Below are positions 1 through 23,375 of a DNA stretch of 64,000 nucleotides, piece by piece. Origin of the DNA: the human T2T-CHM13v2.0 reference genome, Homo sapiens. Both the position numbers and the translations under genes were made by a program. Positions within the stretch are counted from its first letter, which is position 1, and every line of letters begins with the position of its first letter. The notes under the pieces are model-generated. The model did not search any database. It worked only from the letters and a program-made list of their open reading frames with translations, and was not told where the DNA came from. Location: assembly GCF_009914755.1 (NCBI RefSeq), contig NC_060934.1, one strand, 5' to 3'.

Positions 1-224
1 CCTTACCCACGGTCATTCGCCCTTCCCAGGGTGGCCCATGTCCAGTGACTAATTGACACAGCCTCTCACTCAACTGCGACAGCTCTGGAAGGCATTCCTG
101 GGTTCAGAGCTCTCAGTGATTACAGCATTTGTCAAAACTCCATCCGAGCCCAACTTCTCCCTTTGCCTAATCCTCCCTGTCCTCTCTCCTTCCTTCTCAA
201 GGTAAGCTCCCAGGAACACTCCTT

Positions 225-1311
<1,087 letters not shown>

Positions 1312-2067
1312 CAGGAACACTCCTTAATAAAGATCCTGCCCACTAGTTTCCATCTCAGATACTGCTTCCTGGGGCAACCCAACCTTAATATTCATATTTG
1401 CCTTACTATGCTGACAACAATTGCATCCACTTTCAGAAAACTGTCTTCGATATGGTACAATTTCTTGAGAGACTTCTGATTGTTGACTGTTAATAAGGAG
1501 CTAGTGTGATAAAATAAATAATTAAACTGGTAATTATTGTTGACTTTCATTTTGAAAATGACAATCTTTAAAAAATGGAAGACTTAGATATACAGGAAAG
1601 TGAACTTGGAGTCCAAGGGGCTATGTCAGTTACACAGCACAAGCCTCTCACTGGCCAAGCAAGAAGCGATGTCAGGGAACAACCCTGGTCCTTTCAGCGC
1701 CAGTTCACTGCTGGTAAATGTTAAATATTTTGTTGGTACTTAGTTTAGCTCCTATTTGCTCCTACACTAGAGTGGGAAAATACACATGAGCAAACTCAAA
1801 TGAAACTACAACTGCCCCACCCCTCCCACAAAGACAAAAGGAAAAACCTCCCAACTCATAGGCACTTGTGTTTGTGTAGGACTGGAAGGGAGGAGGAGAA
1901 ATTGTGCAGTTACTCAGCAGTGAAGGTAATGTTGATGGTGGAACTGCTAGTGACCACCAGAAATGCAAAGAAGAATGTCAACTCCTTCAGCCTCAATAGA
2001 GAGAGGGAGGGAGGCAGGGAGAGGAAAGGGGAGGGAGAATGAAGAGATTCTGAAAGAAAAATGAACT

Positions 2068-2740
<673 letters not shown>

Positions 2741-3434
2741 AAATCCCAGTTTTGGTAAAAATAGGCTGTGATTTATGTGCAATTCTTTTGATAAAATTCT
2801 GTGGTCTCCTGGAGGAGCCATAACCACAGACATGACGAATAACAAATAAAACAAATAAAAAGCAAGAGAGAAGGTGCTGATCTTTTTTTTTTTTTTTTTT
2901 TTTAAGTTTATTCTCCGGCTGGTTTGTTTCCCCAGAAAGCAGCTGTTTAAAATTGAGAAATAGTTACAACTCTTCTGTAATACACTCTGGGGAAAGAGAA
3001 GAGGAAGGAAAGCAAATACAATATTACAAAAAAGCCTGTGCGGTGTTAGCTTAAATTAGAAACGGTTTGAGGGTTCATTCTCTCATCAGAAAGGAAAAAG
3101 AAACACAGGAAGAAACAGATGAATACATCTGAGAGGAAAAAAATTCAATTATCATTATACACAGGAAAAATTAAGCTACTTAAGAGAATTATTAACAGTG
3201 CGTATGTTAGCAAATTGCTTTGGGAGGAAGTGGAAAATGCTCTTTTGAGCATTCTCTACTTGATTATGATCTTGCATAGAATTTTGAGGGCATTGTAAAA
3301 CAACAAGTAGATGCTTATTATCTGCCACACCCGCTCTGACCAGCTCTATAACCCGTCCCATTCCATTCTGTGACTGAGAGGCCCAGGGTGTTAGTGCATA
3401 GCGATCACAGCGGAATCCATACAGAAGCCTCTGG

Positions 3435-4981
<1,547 letters not shown>

Positions 4982-5679
4982 TTAGTGTCACTTCTCTTCA
5001 CTGTCTGACCATCTCTTCTGTCCTTCAGTTTCCACTTTAAATGCTTTTCCATCTGCCAAGCAGTCGGAGGTGTCCTTACCATACTTCCCAAGTCAGTTCA
5101 CATCTCAGTTTTAGGGCTTGTATTGTGTCATTAGTCTGTTTCCAAGCCTATCTTCTCCATAGACTTGAGTTTCTTGAGGATAACCTCTGTTATCTTCAGG
5201 GCCCACCAGTGCTGGTCATACAGTGAGCTCTCCATGGACTTCATTGTGTGCATGGGTGGATAGATAATGAGGTGACAACCTGCCTCTCAGAGCCTTAACC
5301 ACCCCCAGTTAAGCCATGAAACAAGGCTATGGTTTCCAGTTTGCACGACCTCCTCCCTAAGTTCATTGCCCTGGGCCTAGAATGAGGAGAATTGGCTGGT
5401 GCCACTTCTTTCCTTTTGGCTTTCCAATGGTTTTCTTCCAAGCTATAAGGCCTTGCTCTAGAGATTTTAAAGTATTAAGAACTGGAATACTGTTCTACAT
5501 GTTTAGGTCAACAGAGTCAGTTGATCCATAGAATGCACATATTGGGTTTTTGTTTTTGTTTTTGTTTTTGTTTTTCAGCATTAGGTCTTCCCCCTTCTAA
5601 AGAATGATATGTGCCCCCGAACTCAGAAGTGATGTTTGATCCTAAATTACACATGCAAAACAAATTAGTTAAATAATGA

Positions 5680-6302
5680 TTTAGTCCAGGTTCTCTGACA
5701 AGCAAATGCCAAAAAAGGATTAGCTGGATAAGAGATTAATTGGCGAAAATACTGGGGCACTGGGGAGGGATAATGAGAAGGAAACAAGAGGGTGATAGGA
5801 GAGCCATCAGATCATGACACACGTCTGCCCCCTGGGAAGACAGAGGGAAGGAGGGAAAGAAGGAAGGAAGGAAGGAAGGAAGTGAGGGGGGGAGGAAGGA
5901 AGAGAGAAGGGAGAGGAGGGAGGAGAAGGGAAGGAAGGAAGAATGGAAGAAACTGGAGACGGAAAGAGGAAAAGAGAAAAAGAGGGAGGGAGAAAGAAAG
6001 GAAGGAAGGAAGGGAGGGAGGGAGGGAGGGAGGAGGAAAGACAGGCCATAGACTGCCTTGTAGTTCTCAGAAAGTTTCAGCAAGGTCAAAAGGGAGTCAG
6101 TGAACCTAAGTTGCCCATTAGAGGAGCCCCTGCCTCCCAGGAAGGGGCCTCCTTGATATCCCTGCCATACTCAGTCATTGACTGGGAGCAGCCCACAGGA
6201 AGTGTGGCCTCAATCCTGGGCACACCAGCAGCTAGGGCTGGAAATAAATTATGCTTCCTGCAGTAGGAGATCTGAAAGTTGTATTCTCATGCTACTGCAG
6301 AC
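5680..6302 (-). mobile_element. Old ERVL LTR (LTR16-like) containing an expanded purine tract
   Basis: gggagagccatcaga... and ctcagtcattgactgggagcagccc motifs resemble antisense LTR16. Confidence 0.45.
5843..6040 (+). repeat. GGAA/GGGA polypurine low-complexity tract
   Basis: Near-pure purine run read directly. Confidence 0.95.
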
Positions 6303-6999
6303 AACAATTTGTATAACTCAGAGTTAACTACTCTCTGATCTTACCTGAAACAGTGGAGTGATCCAAGGCAAGTTTGGGGTTTAGTCCTCAATCATCCACC
6401 TGGGCCTTGTTCTCAATTCCACTAACTAAACAGAGGGTTGTAGTCACAGCATCCTAAATGAAGATTGAGAAGAAGGATCCACATTTTGCTAAAAATGTTA
6501 AGCTATAGCTCTGCAGCAAAATAATTCCTGCTTTCATTTCAAAAACAATAGATGTATTACTTTTCTTCTGCTTCTGCAAGACACCGATTCGAGAGGAGTG
6601 TTGGATGCCTGCAAACAGGCAAAAACAAAACAAAACAAAAAACAAAACAAAAAACCCCCCAGGTATCCAAAATCTAGTGACTGTTAGTCCAAAGTCTTAC
6701 TTTTTTTTTATAGACTGATTTATGGATCAAGAAATCTTCAATTTGCCTTTGCTACCAAATGAGGCCACCTTATCATGGGTCATCTTTACCTCCATGCCCT
6801 AGCCCTGCTAGGGGACAGTGTCTCACCTCGACTAACAGGCGTTCAGTTACGCTGACATCAACTAGATTAAGAGAGTTGGCTCTTGCCCCAGTGAGTTGAC
6901 TGTTTAGGAAGCCAGTGTTTGCAAGAGGCCTTCTTTGCAGAACTTGCTCTGCTAAATCTCTCATTTGGGGAACATTTGTAAACATTTATTATTTACTTT

Positions 7000-7122
7000 T
7001 ATTTTTAGAGGCAGGGTCTCACTTTGTTGTCCAGGGTGATCTTGAACTTCTGGCCTCAAGCGATCCTTTTGCCTCAGCCTCCCAAAGTGCTGGGATTATA
7101 GGCGTGAGCCACTATCTTGGCC
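7000..7122 (-). mobile_element. Alu monomer (FLAM-like)
   Basis: Left-arm Alu sequence only. Confidence 0.75.
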
Positions 7123-7865
7123 CTTCATCTGGGGAACCTTTTCAAAATGTCCATATAAACAGTGGTTGGATCTGGTGCAGACAAGCAGTCTTTGGAGGTG
7201 ATGAAATCTGGTCTTGCATTCTAGCTCTACCACATTTTTGTCAACAAAGGCAGGTGACTGGTAGATGTCCAAATGTCAGACCTTTGGAAGAGCTCCAGAA
7301 GAAAGGGGAGATAATGCCAGAAAGGTCTAAAAGTAGCTGTTGGAATTTGGTCACAGAAAGTGACGTGCAGAGGAGCAACTCATTCACTAGGCTAGATGGA
7401 ATTGGGGAGATAGAGGAGAGTCCAATTTGCAGGGAACGGGGTCAGTGAGGCATAGGAAGAAAAGCCACAGTCAGGTTTCTGATGTACCAAGGTGGAAGGC
7501 AAGGACTCAGGCACAGAAGTCTAAATAAGGAATCAACTTCCTGGATATACTGGGGAAACAGGATCAGATGACCCAGTGTTGGGCTGAAGATCTTGTTTCT
7601 TATCCACCACATACAGAGGATGTGAATTATTCCAGAGTCTGAGCTGGAACTTTCCTACTTTACAGATAGGGTTAAGCAACCCTAGATGCAAACTCCCAGG
7701 GTTCAGAATTAGGTAGACCACAATCTCCAGAAGCTGGATGTTTACATGTTCAAACTTTAAGATGATAATTTCTATAATAACAATAAATGATAGAAATAGA
7801 AAGTTCACAAATGTCAATTTACTTGAAAGTATAAGAGATATTTTAAAAAGAAATAATCCAATCAG

Positions 7866-8146
7866 GGCTGGGTGTGGTGGCTTACGCCTATAATCCCAGC
7901 ACTTTGACAGGTCGAAGCAAGTGGATTGCTTGAGGACAGAAGTTCAAGATCATCCTGGGCAACATAGTGAGACCCCCGTCTCTACAAAAATTTTTTAAAA
8001 AATAGCTAGGTGTAGTGGTGCACACCTGTAGTACCAGCTACTCAGGAGGCTGAGATAGGAGGCTAGCTTGAGCCCTGGAGTTTGAGGCTGCAGTAAGCTA
8101 TGATTGCATCACTGCACTCCAGCTTGGGCAATAGAGTGAGATCCTG
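7866..8146 (+). mobile_element. AluJ
   Basis: Alu consensus with J-type diagnostics. Confidence 0.88.
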
Positions 8147-8405
8147 ATGAAAGAAAGAAAGAGAAAGAGAGAGAGAGAAAGAGAGACAGAGAGAGAGAAA
8201 GAGAGAGAGAAAGAAAGAAAGAACGAAAGAAAGAAAGAGAAATAAAAAGAAAGAAAAGAAAGAAAGAAAGAAGAAAGAGATAGAAAAGGAAGGAAGAAGG
8301 AGAGAGAGAGAAAGAGAGGGAGGAAGGGAAGGAAAGAAGGAAGGAGGGAAGGAAGGAGGAAGGGAAGGAAGGAAGGAAGGAAGGAAGGAAGGAAGGAAGA
8401 AAAAG
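8147..8405 (+). repeat. Compound GAAA/GA/GGAA microsatellite grown from an Alu tail; 9 perfect GGAA at 8363-8398
   Basis: Read directly. Confidence 0.95.
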
Positions 8406-8661
8406 ACAGATAACACATTGGGATTCCATTATCCAAAAGGGACTAAAATAGGATCATGGAATAAATACAAATCAGCCTGTACTCATGTGTTATCAATAGG
8501 GCTGAGAAATTCTCAGTCTTCATTACCTTTTGACAACTGATGAGAGTGAACAGTCCTCTAAGATTAATGATGCACTGGCTGCCACTGCCATGCACAATCT
8601 AATCACTAAGTTAATGCTTTACCAAGAGGAATACTGCATATTTTTTTAAAGTACATATTAG

Positions 8662-10156
<1,495 letters not shown>

Positions 10157-10602
10157 TGAAGTCCTTTCTTAGTAACATTTTACTACACCACATCTCTTTC
10201 CCTACTTACTGCCTTCGTGAGTCCAACTCTTGGCGTCTATAATAGTTTGGCCTCTATAGTCTTGCAGGTGATCATTTTGGTGTGATTTACTGAGAAGCAG
10301 CTCTGTGCACAAGCATTTTCTTTTCTGCTAAGTCTGGCCTGTTTCTAGGGTCCCCTCTTACTGCCTCCAATCACAAATCTCACTGATGGTTAAGACAATG
10401 AATTGTATTTTAATGAGGTAGGGATCAAGAAACCCTGTTTCTAGCTGTGTTATCTGTGACAAATCATTTATTCCTTGTGCTTCAGTTTCCTGTTTATTAA
10501 AATGAAGATATTGGACTAAGTATCATTCAGTTTTAAATTTTTGTCTCTAGATGTAATAGGTGTCCTTTATGAGTAAGGCAGGTGTTTGTTAGAGTTTGAC
10601 AT

Positions 10603-11295
10603 TGTAATGCCAAAGGTTCTTGCCTTAGCCATGCCAAAGGATTGGTGTGGCGGTAGCCTGTGACGAGAGAGACAGGGATCGGACCGAGAGAAAAAGAGCT
10701 GTAGACTTTATTGAGCAGAGTGACAGTACAAAGCTTCCACAGCGTGGAAGGGGTCCCGAGTGGGTAGCCAGTGTTAGATTTTTCATCACCTTTTAAACTC
10801 TTTAAGGCCGGAAATACGTGGGATGGGAAGATGTTACCAGAGCGAGAAACAAAGACAATTAATATGTCTCAGATCTTGAGAACCGGAATTGTAACTTAAG
10901 TTTTATCTACTTTATAACCTTGCAGCAGCATGGCAAAGGAGACAGGATCTCACAAGACCTTACAAATTGTATTTACAGGGAATTGGAATTGGGAGCATAG
11001 ATAAGGTCTGCTGGTCACAGAAAAACGGGTTTTTTAACATTCCTTTTAGTTTCAGGGGAGGAGGAAGGGAGAGAGGGAGAGAGGACACAGGGAAGCTTAC
11101 AGCAAAATTTTTAGTGTTCATAGCTTTCCTGGGGAAGAAAACACATGCACAAATTCTGATGTTAGGAATATTTTAAGCATATATCTTCAATATTATTCAT
11201 CCAGGACCAAAGTAAGTCCTGATGCAGGAAATGAGTGAGTTTCACAGCTTTCTCAGCCCCTACGACCCAGGAAGCCCAGCTAGCATCTCTGCTCA
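10603..11295 (-). mobile_element. Solo ERV1-class LTR (LTR9/MER61-like)
   Basis: TG...CA termini; minus strand begins tgagcagagatgctagctgggcttcctgggtcgtaggggctgagaaagctgtgaaactcactcatttcctgcatcaggac; AATAAA on minus at 10707-10712. Subfamily uncertain. Confidence 0.75.
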
Positions 11296-11359
11296 GTATT
11301 TCCACTGAGAGCTAGGCTGATGAGAATAGTGCAGAACTGTGAGTACATTAAAAGAGCAC

Positions 11360-13500
<2,141 letters not shown>

Positions 13501-14029
13501 GATTCTACAAAGAAAGAATGGAGAAAAAATATTGGGAGAAAGCCTCCTTTTGACAGAGCTTTTATATTTGTAGTGTTCCACAGGTAAATTTATTCACTTA
13601 TATAAACGGGTCAATCTTCTTTCGAATATGAAAGTAACTTGCATATAGAAAAACATCCAAAATTTATTTTAGAATTTTGCAGATGAAATCTAGTTTTTCA
13701 AATGTTAATTTAAGATGGCCTGTCTTTTTTGATACAGGTAATGTATATTCCTTTTTCTGGAAGTATACTTTGTGATTAAAAAAAAAAAAAGAATCAAAGC
13801 CAGATGGAAAACAGCATTGTAAAAGGAAAGAATTCAGTACTACCGCACAGTTTTATACCACCTGGCAAGCAGACAACACTAATATGAATTTGGAACCCTG
13901 CCGATGGAGTCATATGCCCCTGCTGGGCCGGGCTGCTAGGACAAGCACCTGCCTATATGTGCCAAGTGTGCTCCCTGCTACGTGCTTTTAATGCAGTGGC
14001 CTAAAGGCACATAATGCAGGCCAAAGGTG

Positions 14030-14644
14030 GGCTTGAAAGAATACTCTCACAGAAGTCACATTATCCCAAAGTGATAACAAGGTTTGATTAATTAGGAAAT
14101 ATTGGACATTTATATGAGTGGAATTATCATATTTCCTCAACACTCTCTCTTTACAGACGCTAATGCTTCATCAGCTCAACATAGCATCCATGTCCTCAAA
14201 ACCTTCCATCACAGTAAACATAAGACTCGGTAAACACAAACAAACAAACATCTTTCAAACATGCATATTCAGATACTATCTTCATAATTTGAATTCCTGC
14301 AAGATAGATCAATGGAGTCATGCAGGCTACAGATTAATCCAACGTAGCAACAAATTACTAGGCACCCAATTTTCATGCAGTATTTGAGGAAATATGATAA
14401 TTCCACTCATATAAATGTCCAATATTTCCTAATTAATCAAATATTGTTATCACTTTGGGATGATGTGACTTCTGTGAGAGTATTCTTTCAAGCCTCAAAC
14501 ACTTATGTGAGACTTCTGTGAGAGTATTCTTTCAAGCCTCAGGACACTTACCGAGTCTTATGTTTACTATGATGGAAGGTTTTGAGGACGTGGATGCTGT
14601 GTTGAGCTGATGGAGCATTAGAGTCTGTAAAGAGAGAGTGTTGA
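14030..14644. repeat. Permuted inverted duplication A-B-spacer-A'-B' plus a ~43-bp tandem duplication
   Basis: 14030-14140 is the reverse complement of 14384-14494; 14137-14233 is the reverse complement of 14548-14644; 14463-14505 is repeated at 14505-14550. Confidence 0.9.
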
Positions 14645-15172
14645 CAGGGGTAATGATTGCCAGCTGCAGGGTCCAGAGAAACCCTACATTAACAAGAGAC
14701 AATTACAGAAAATATTAGAAACCTCTAGGATTCTACAACACACTCTATTATTAAGCAAATTTTGCTTTACCAAAGACCTCTAGATAGGTACCATTTCTCT
14801 AAAATTTAGGAGAATAAAGGGCCCCAAGAAACCACTGGCAGGCTTTCCTTCTGCTTCATTTCAAAGACAAATCGCTGAAGGATAATACAGAAGCCTCTGA
14901 GGCAATGATAAGCCATTGGAAGCCAAAGAGCTACATGTAGCTTACCTAGTGACACTATTCACTGGCAAAACAATTGCAAGAATAAGAAACCAAAGTAGAA
15001 GATCATTGTATTCACTGATTAATTTGTGTTTGACCTGAGAATTAATACTCCTGCTTCTATACTGGGGCTGCGGAAGTTGCATAGTGCTCCAGGATTTGGT
15101 CAAGGATGAAAGCTTCCTAGATACAGGTGGCATTTGGGACTGAAAAACAGCATATAGGACAGCAATGAATAA

Positions 15173-15848
<676 letters not shown>

Positions 15849-16472
15849 ACAACCAACCATTGACTCACAAGAAAACTGTGACTATAGTATCTTGGTAACA
15901 AACAGATAAAATTATGAAAATGTTTTGAAATATGAATCACCTTTCCTATTAAAAAAGTGCTTACCATTGTCTTAAGGTTTTGTACAGCACATGTACTGTT
16001 TTGTAAAAAGAAAGTCTGCACAGCAAAATGATTTGGATAAACCAAGGATCTGAATATGTAGGTCCTGGACAACTGTTGTTGTAGCACTGTAACTCCCTGG
16101 CCAAGCACGGTTGCATCACACATTAGTTGGATAACAGGTGCTTCTGTTTTGGGGTAACTTCCTGGCACAACAGAGCCCCACTGCTTCCTTTTTGGCTCTA
16201 GCCTGCTGTATTGTAATATTACCAGGGTTGCAAAAGAAAAGCCTAAAATGGAGACCTAAATGCAATGTTCTATCTGTCTAAATTTTTAATCTGTGAGTAA
16301 AAGAACAGATAACCATGCCATGCAAATTACATTAAATATTGTGGTTTGTGAGCAGGGATTGGTTAGTACCTTGAGGCCATCTGTGCTGTATGTCTCGTTA
16401 TCTGTTTCACATGAGACATATTATATTACGATTCAGATCGTATTTTAAGTTACATGGATAATAGTTCCTAAT

Positions 16473-17446
16473 GGTTTTTTTTAAAATTGTGGTTGAATAT
16501 ATATAACATAAAATTTACCAGTAAAACCATTTTTTTAATGAACAGTTCTGTGGCATTAAGTACATCCATGCTGTTGTGCAACCATCACCATCATCCACCT
16601 CCAAAACTTTCAAAATCATATCAAACAGAAACTCTGTACACATTAAATAAGAACTTCCTGCTCCCCTCTCCCTGCACCCCTGGCAACCACCATGCTACTT
16701 TCTGTCTCTATGAATTTGACTACTATAGGCACCTCACATAAGTGGAATCATACAATATTTGTCCTTTCATGATGACATTATTTCACTTAGAATAATAACT
16801 TCAGGTTTCATCCATGTTGTAGCATGTGTTCAAGCGATTCTCTTTTAAAATTTAAAAATTTACTTCTCTTTTAAGGCTGAATAATATTCCATTATATGTA
16901 TATACCACATTTGTTTATCCATTTATCCATCAACAGACACCTGGGTTGCTTCCACCTTTTGGCTTTTGAGAATAACTTTGCTATGAACATTGGTGTACAA
17001 ACATCTGTTAGGGTTACTGCTTTCTTTTGGGTTTATACGCAGAAGTGGAAATGCTGGATCATATGGTAAATATATTTTTAAATTTTTGAGGAACTGCCAA
17101 ACTGTTTTTCATAGGAGCTGCACCATTTTATATTCCAACCAGCAGTGCACAAGTGTTCCAGTTTCTCCATATCCTCACCAACACTTGTTATTTTCTGTTT
17201 TGTTTTTGTTTTATAATAGCCATCCTAATGAGTGTGAGGTAGTATCTCACTGTGGTTTTGACTTGCATTTCACTTGTGACACTGAGCATCTTTTTATGGG
17301 ATTATTGGCCATTTGTATATCTTCTTTGGGAAAATGTCTATTCAAGTCCTTTGCTCATTTTTTAATTGTTTTTTTTTTTGTGTGTTTGGTTGAGTTGTAG
17401 AGAGTTCTTTATATATTCTGGGTAGCAATTCCTTATCAGATAGATG
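16473..17446 (-). mobile_element. L1M (L1MB-like) 3' end
   Basis: Antisense L1 3'UTR motifs (tgtgcaaccatcacc, ataagtggaatcatacaatatttgtcc, tttttgaggaactgccaaactg). Confidence 0.85.
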
Positions 17447-17453
17447 ATCATAA

Positions 17454-19130
<1,677 letters not shown>

Positions 19131-19561
19131 AGTATTGTAAATGGAAAACCAGAATCAGGTGCCTTTTCAGGCACAACAGATTACAAACATCAGTCACTCC
19201 TTTGTCATCTAGGAGATTTCTTACTGTTGATACTAGATAAGCACGTCCCTTTCCCTAACAGAGAGCATCTGCTAGCATGCCACAGTGGGGCCATTTAGTG
19301 AACAGAGGTGCTATTCAATAGACAGTTTGCACTTGTGCAAAAGTTTGTGCCCAGGAAGTAGAGAACAGCTGATAGTGACATGGTACCATCTCAAATGTTT
19401 TTCCTTACCATACTTTGCTGTAGCCTACATAAGACCTCTTGAGATTTTATTCCTGGGGGAAAAGCCACAGATTCCCAGAGGGTTCCCTCTGTATTTGTGA
19501 GTGAAGGGGGATAGAGGCCTAACTGGCTCAGCTGTCAGTTGACTGGAGGTAATTGTTTAAT

Positions 19562-20010
19562 TCAGTAGTTCTCAAACTTTGTGGCCTCAAGATCCCTTTG
19601 CATCCTTAAAAATTATTGAGGAATACAAAGAGCTTTTGTTTATGTGGGTTTTATCTATTTATATTTACCAATTAGAAATTAAAAGTGAGAAATTTAAAAC
19701 TATAAATTCATTTAAAATAAACTAATTACGTTATAAATATTTTCATGAAAAGTTACATATTTCCGAACAAGAGTGGCTTTGTTTACTTTTTTGTAAATCT
19801 CTTTTAAGATGAGACTTAATGGAAATCAGCTGAATTCTCGTATCTGCTTCTGCATTTAATCTTTTGCAACATTACATGTCATGAAGCCTCTGGAAAATGA
19901 CACTGCCACACTCATGAAGGAGTGGAAAAGCCAAATTATGTTTTGCTATTATTACGAAAAGTTTTAACTTCGTAGATCTTCTCTGAAAGTGTCTTGGCCA
20001 CTCCCAGACC
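19562..20010. mobile_element. hAT-Charlie DNA transposon fossil
   Basis: Begins cagtagttctcaaactttgtggcctcaagatccctttgcatccttaaaaattattgagga. Confidence 0.55.
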
Positions 20011-21183
20011 TGCTTTAATTCATTTAGAGGTAGCATAGTATGGTGGGTTAGAGGGTAGATCCTGCAGTCCAAATGCTGAGTGCACACCCCAGCTCTGCCG
20101 CTTTTATTACCTGTTTGACTTTGGCCAAATGATTTAACTACTTTATGTCCCAGTTTCCTTATTTGTAGAGTGATGGTAATAATGAGGTGATACACATAAG
20201 GGTATGTAACAGTGAAATTAGAAAAATAAAGTAAGACCTTGAAAGAGAGGTACATATGGGTGCTCAGTCTAGCCTTACACTGAAAGTTCAATGTTATTTG
20301 TATTTCTTACTTTATATATGAGATTAAACATTTATTACTGGCCATCTGTATTTCCTTTTCTGACTCATCTATATGTTAATATATTCTATCTACTTTTTGT
20401 TGAGTTGGTATTTTTACTAATTTTGGGAGTTCTTTGTATAGTATATGGATTAACTTCTTGATTCTTTTATGTATTGTAATTATTTTCTCCAAATCCATAA
20501 CCTAACTTTTAACTTTATTTATATTTTTCATCATAAAGAAGTTATAAATTTGTATGTGTCAAATCTATCAGTGTTTTTCTCTGTGGCTTCTGGGTTTCAT
20601 GTTCTGTTGATACCTAGATTAAAACAATTCTATATATTATTTTAGCGCTTTCATACTTTATTTTTTAACATTTAGGTATTTAATACATTAAGAACTTATT
20701 TCGGAGTACAATGTAGAGATTTAACTTTTTCTTCAGAATGAGTAGATACATGTTCCAACATTATTTCTTAAATATTCCATCAATTTGCTACTGATTGAAA
20801 ATGCCTCCTTTATAATTCATTCAATTCTCATGGCCATATGGAGGTATTTTTGAAGTATTTTGATTCATGTAGTATTTGTCTCTTCCAGTAGCTATAACAT
20901 ACATTTAAAATGACTTTAGACTTACAGTACATTTTAATGTATGGTATTCCCACATTCTTCTTCTTCCTCATGATTTTAAATTTTTCCATGAATTAATTTC
21001 TCAGGATAAATTTTAGAATCAACTTACCAAATACTACCCTCATTTCTCCAAAGTTGTGATTACGATTGAAATTATTGCATTACATGTATATATTAATAGT
21101 GTAAAGAAGTTATCTTTACACTATTAAGTTATTCTAACCAGGAAATTAAATGGTTTTTTGACTCAGTCAAATTATTTTACGCT

Positions 21184-21310
21184 CTTCTGTAAATTCTTTT
21201 TTTTTTTTTGAGTTTAGGAGTGGAAAGTTTAATAGACAAAAAAGAAGAGAGAGAAAGCTTCCTCATGCTGAGAAAGTAGGTTGCCCAAGAGCACCCTTCT
21301 GTAAATTCTT
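21184..21310 (-). mobile_element. Short retroposed, polyadenylated LTR R-region-like fragment with 15-bp TSD
   Basis: TSD cttctgtaaattctt at 21184-21198 and 21296-21310; T run 21197-21209; ATTAAA on minus at 21228-21233. Confidence 0.75.
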
Positions 21311-21524
21311 AAGATGTTCTGAATATGTCTTGATATTTCTTTTAAAACATATTCGTGGATATTAAACAGGATTTTCTACAAAAATTTGTTTGTGATTATG
21401 AACCTCAGGATAAAAACTGTAAGGCTGATACAAGCCTATGATTATGACTTCAACACAATATTTTTGTTTTGGTTCATCTTAAAAATAGAAGTTAAGGTAA
21501 TGATACTCAAGGTATACATGGTGA

Positions 21525-21832
<308 letters not shown>

Positions 21833-22867
21833 CTAAAGATAATTGTATATTGGCTAACACGGGAGAAACGATTATCTATTAACCCTGTCTGATCCATTAA
21901 ATTTGCCTCCCTAAGCAAGACAGTGTTTGAATCAACAGCAGACTCTATTCTTTTATGTGAGAAAAGAAAAAGGCACTAAGAAATAAGCTTCCTGAGTCTA
22001 ATGCAATATTCTCAAACAATCGTGTGTATTGAAATCAGTTGGTGGGCTTATTAAAACAATTTGCATTTCTAACAAGTTCTCAGGTGAAGTTGATGGTGTT
22101 AGTCCAGCAACTACATATTGAGAACCGTCTTCTAATGTAATAACTTTGGGAGAGAAAGCCCAGTAGCTTTGCTAGGAGATTGATGCAGGAAGTGATGATA
22201 GAGAGAACATTATTAGTAAGAGCTCTGATCACAGTAAGAATTATTTTGTTTGGCATTATATTCCTTTAAAGCTATGAATTCTTCTCTGGGCTTAGGTTTG
22301 ATTCACTTCCCATACATATTCATATGAAGTGTTCCAGTTTTCCAATTTGTATACAACTTGTAATCTCAAATTTGACTTCTGCTATAATCCAGTAATTATT
22401 TTGTAGTGTTTTTAAAGAATTGGGAAGTTTTTAAATTCATTTTTATTTATTCTACAAATATCTATGAAGTATCAACTATGAGCCATGTGCTTGGAATATA
22501 TCACAGAGCGAAAGAGATTCTGATTTTTATCCTTATGAAGCCTCCATTAGGGGGCAGGAGCTAGACAATAAACATAATACATAAATTATACAGCATGCTA
22601 GAAGGTCCTGTTTCAAAATAAAATAAAATAAAATAAAAATAAAAATCAAGGTGCTGTGTTGCGAAGGGGAGCAAAGAAACAGGACAGTAACTGGCAAGAA
22701 AAGTAGTATCGAGATTTTTTCGGTTTGTTTAAAGATGGGAGAAATAACAGAATGCTTGAATGCTAGTGGAAGTAATCTTGAATGAGGGCAAACACTGGTT
22801 AATGTAGAAGAGAGAAGGAAGAATTGCTGTGTTACTATCAAGTAGGTGTGAGAGAATGTGATCTAGT

Positions 22868-23375
<508 letters not shown>

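Noticed and set aside
5736-8436. Ser/Phe/Leu/Pro- or Arg/Glu/Gly-rich ORFs
   Set aside because: Translations of purine microsatellites
14030-14644. MITE or pre-miRNA interpretation of the inverted repeats
   Set aside because: Arms are permuted, no terminal TSD was seen, and arm and spacer lengths do not fit
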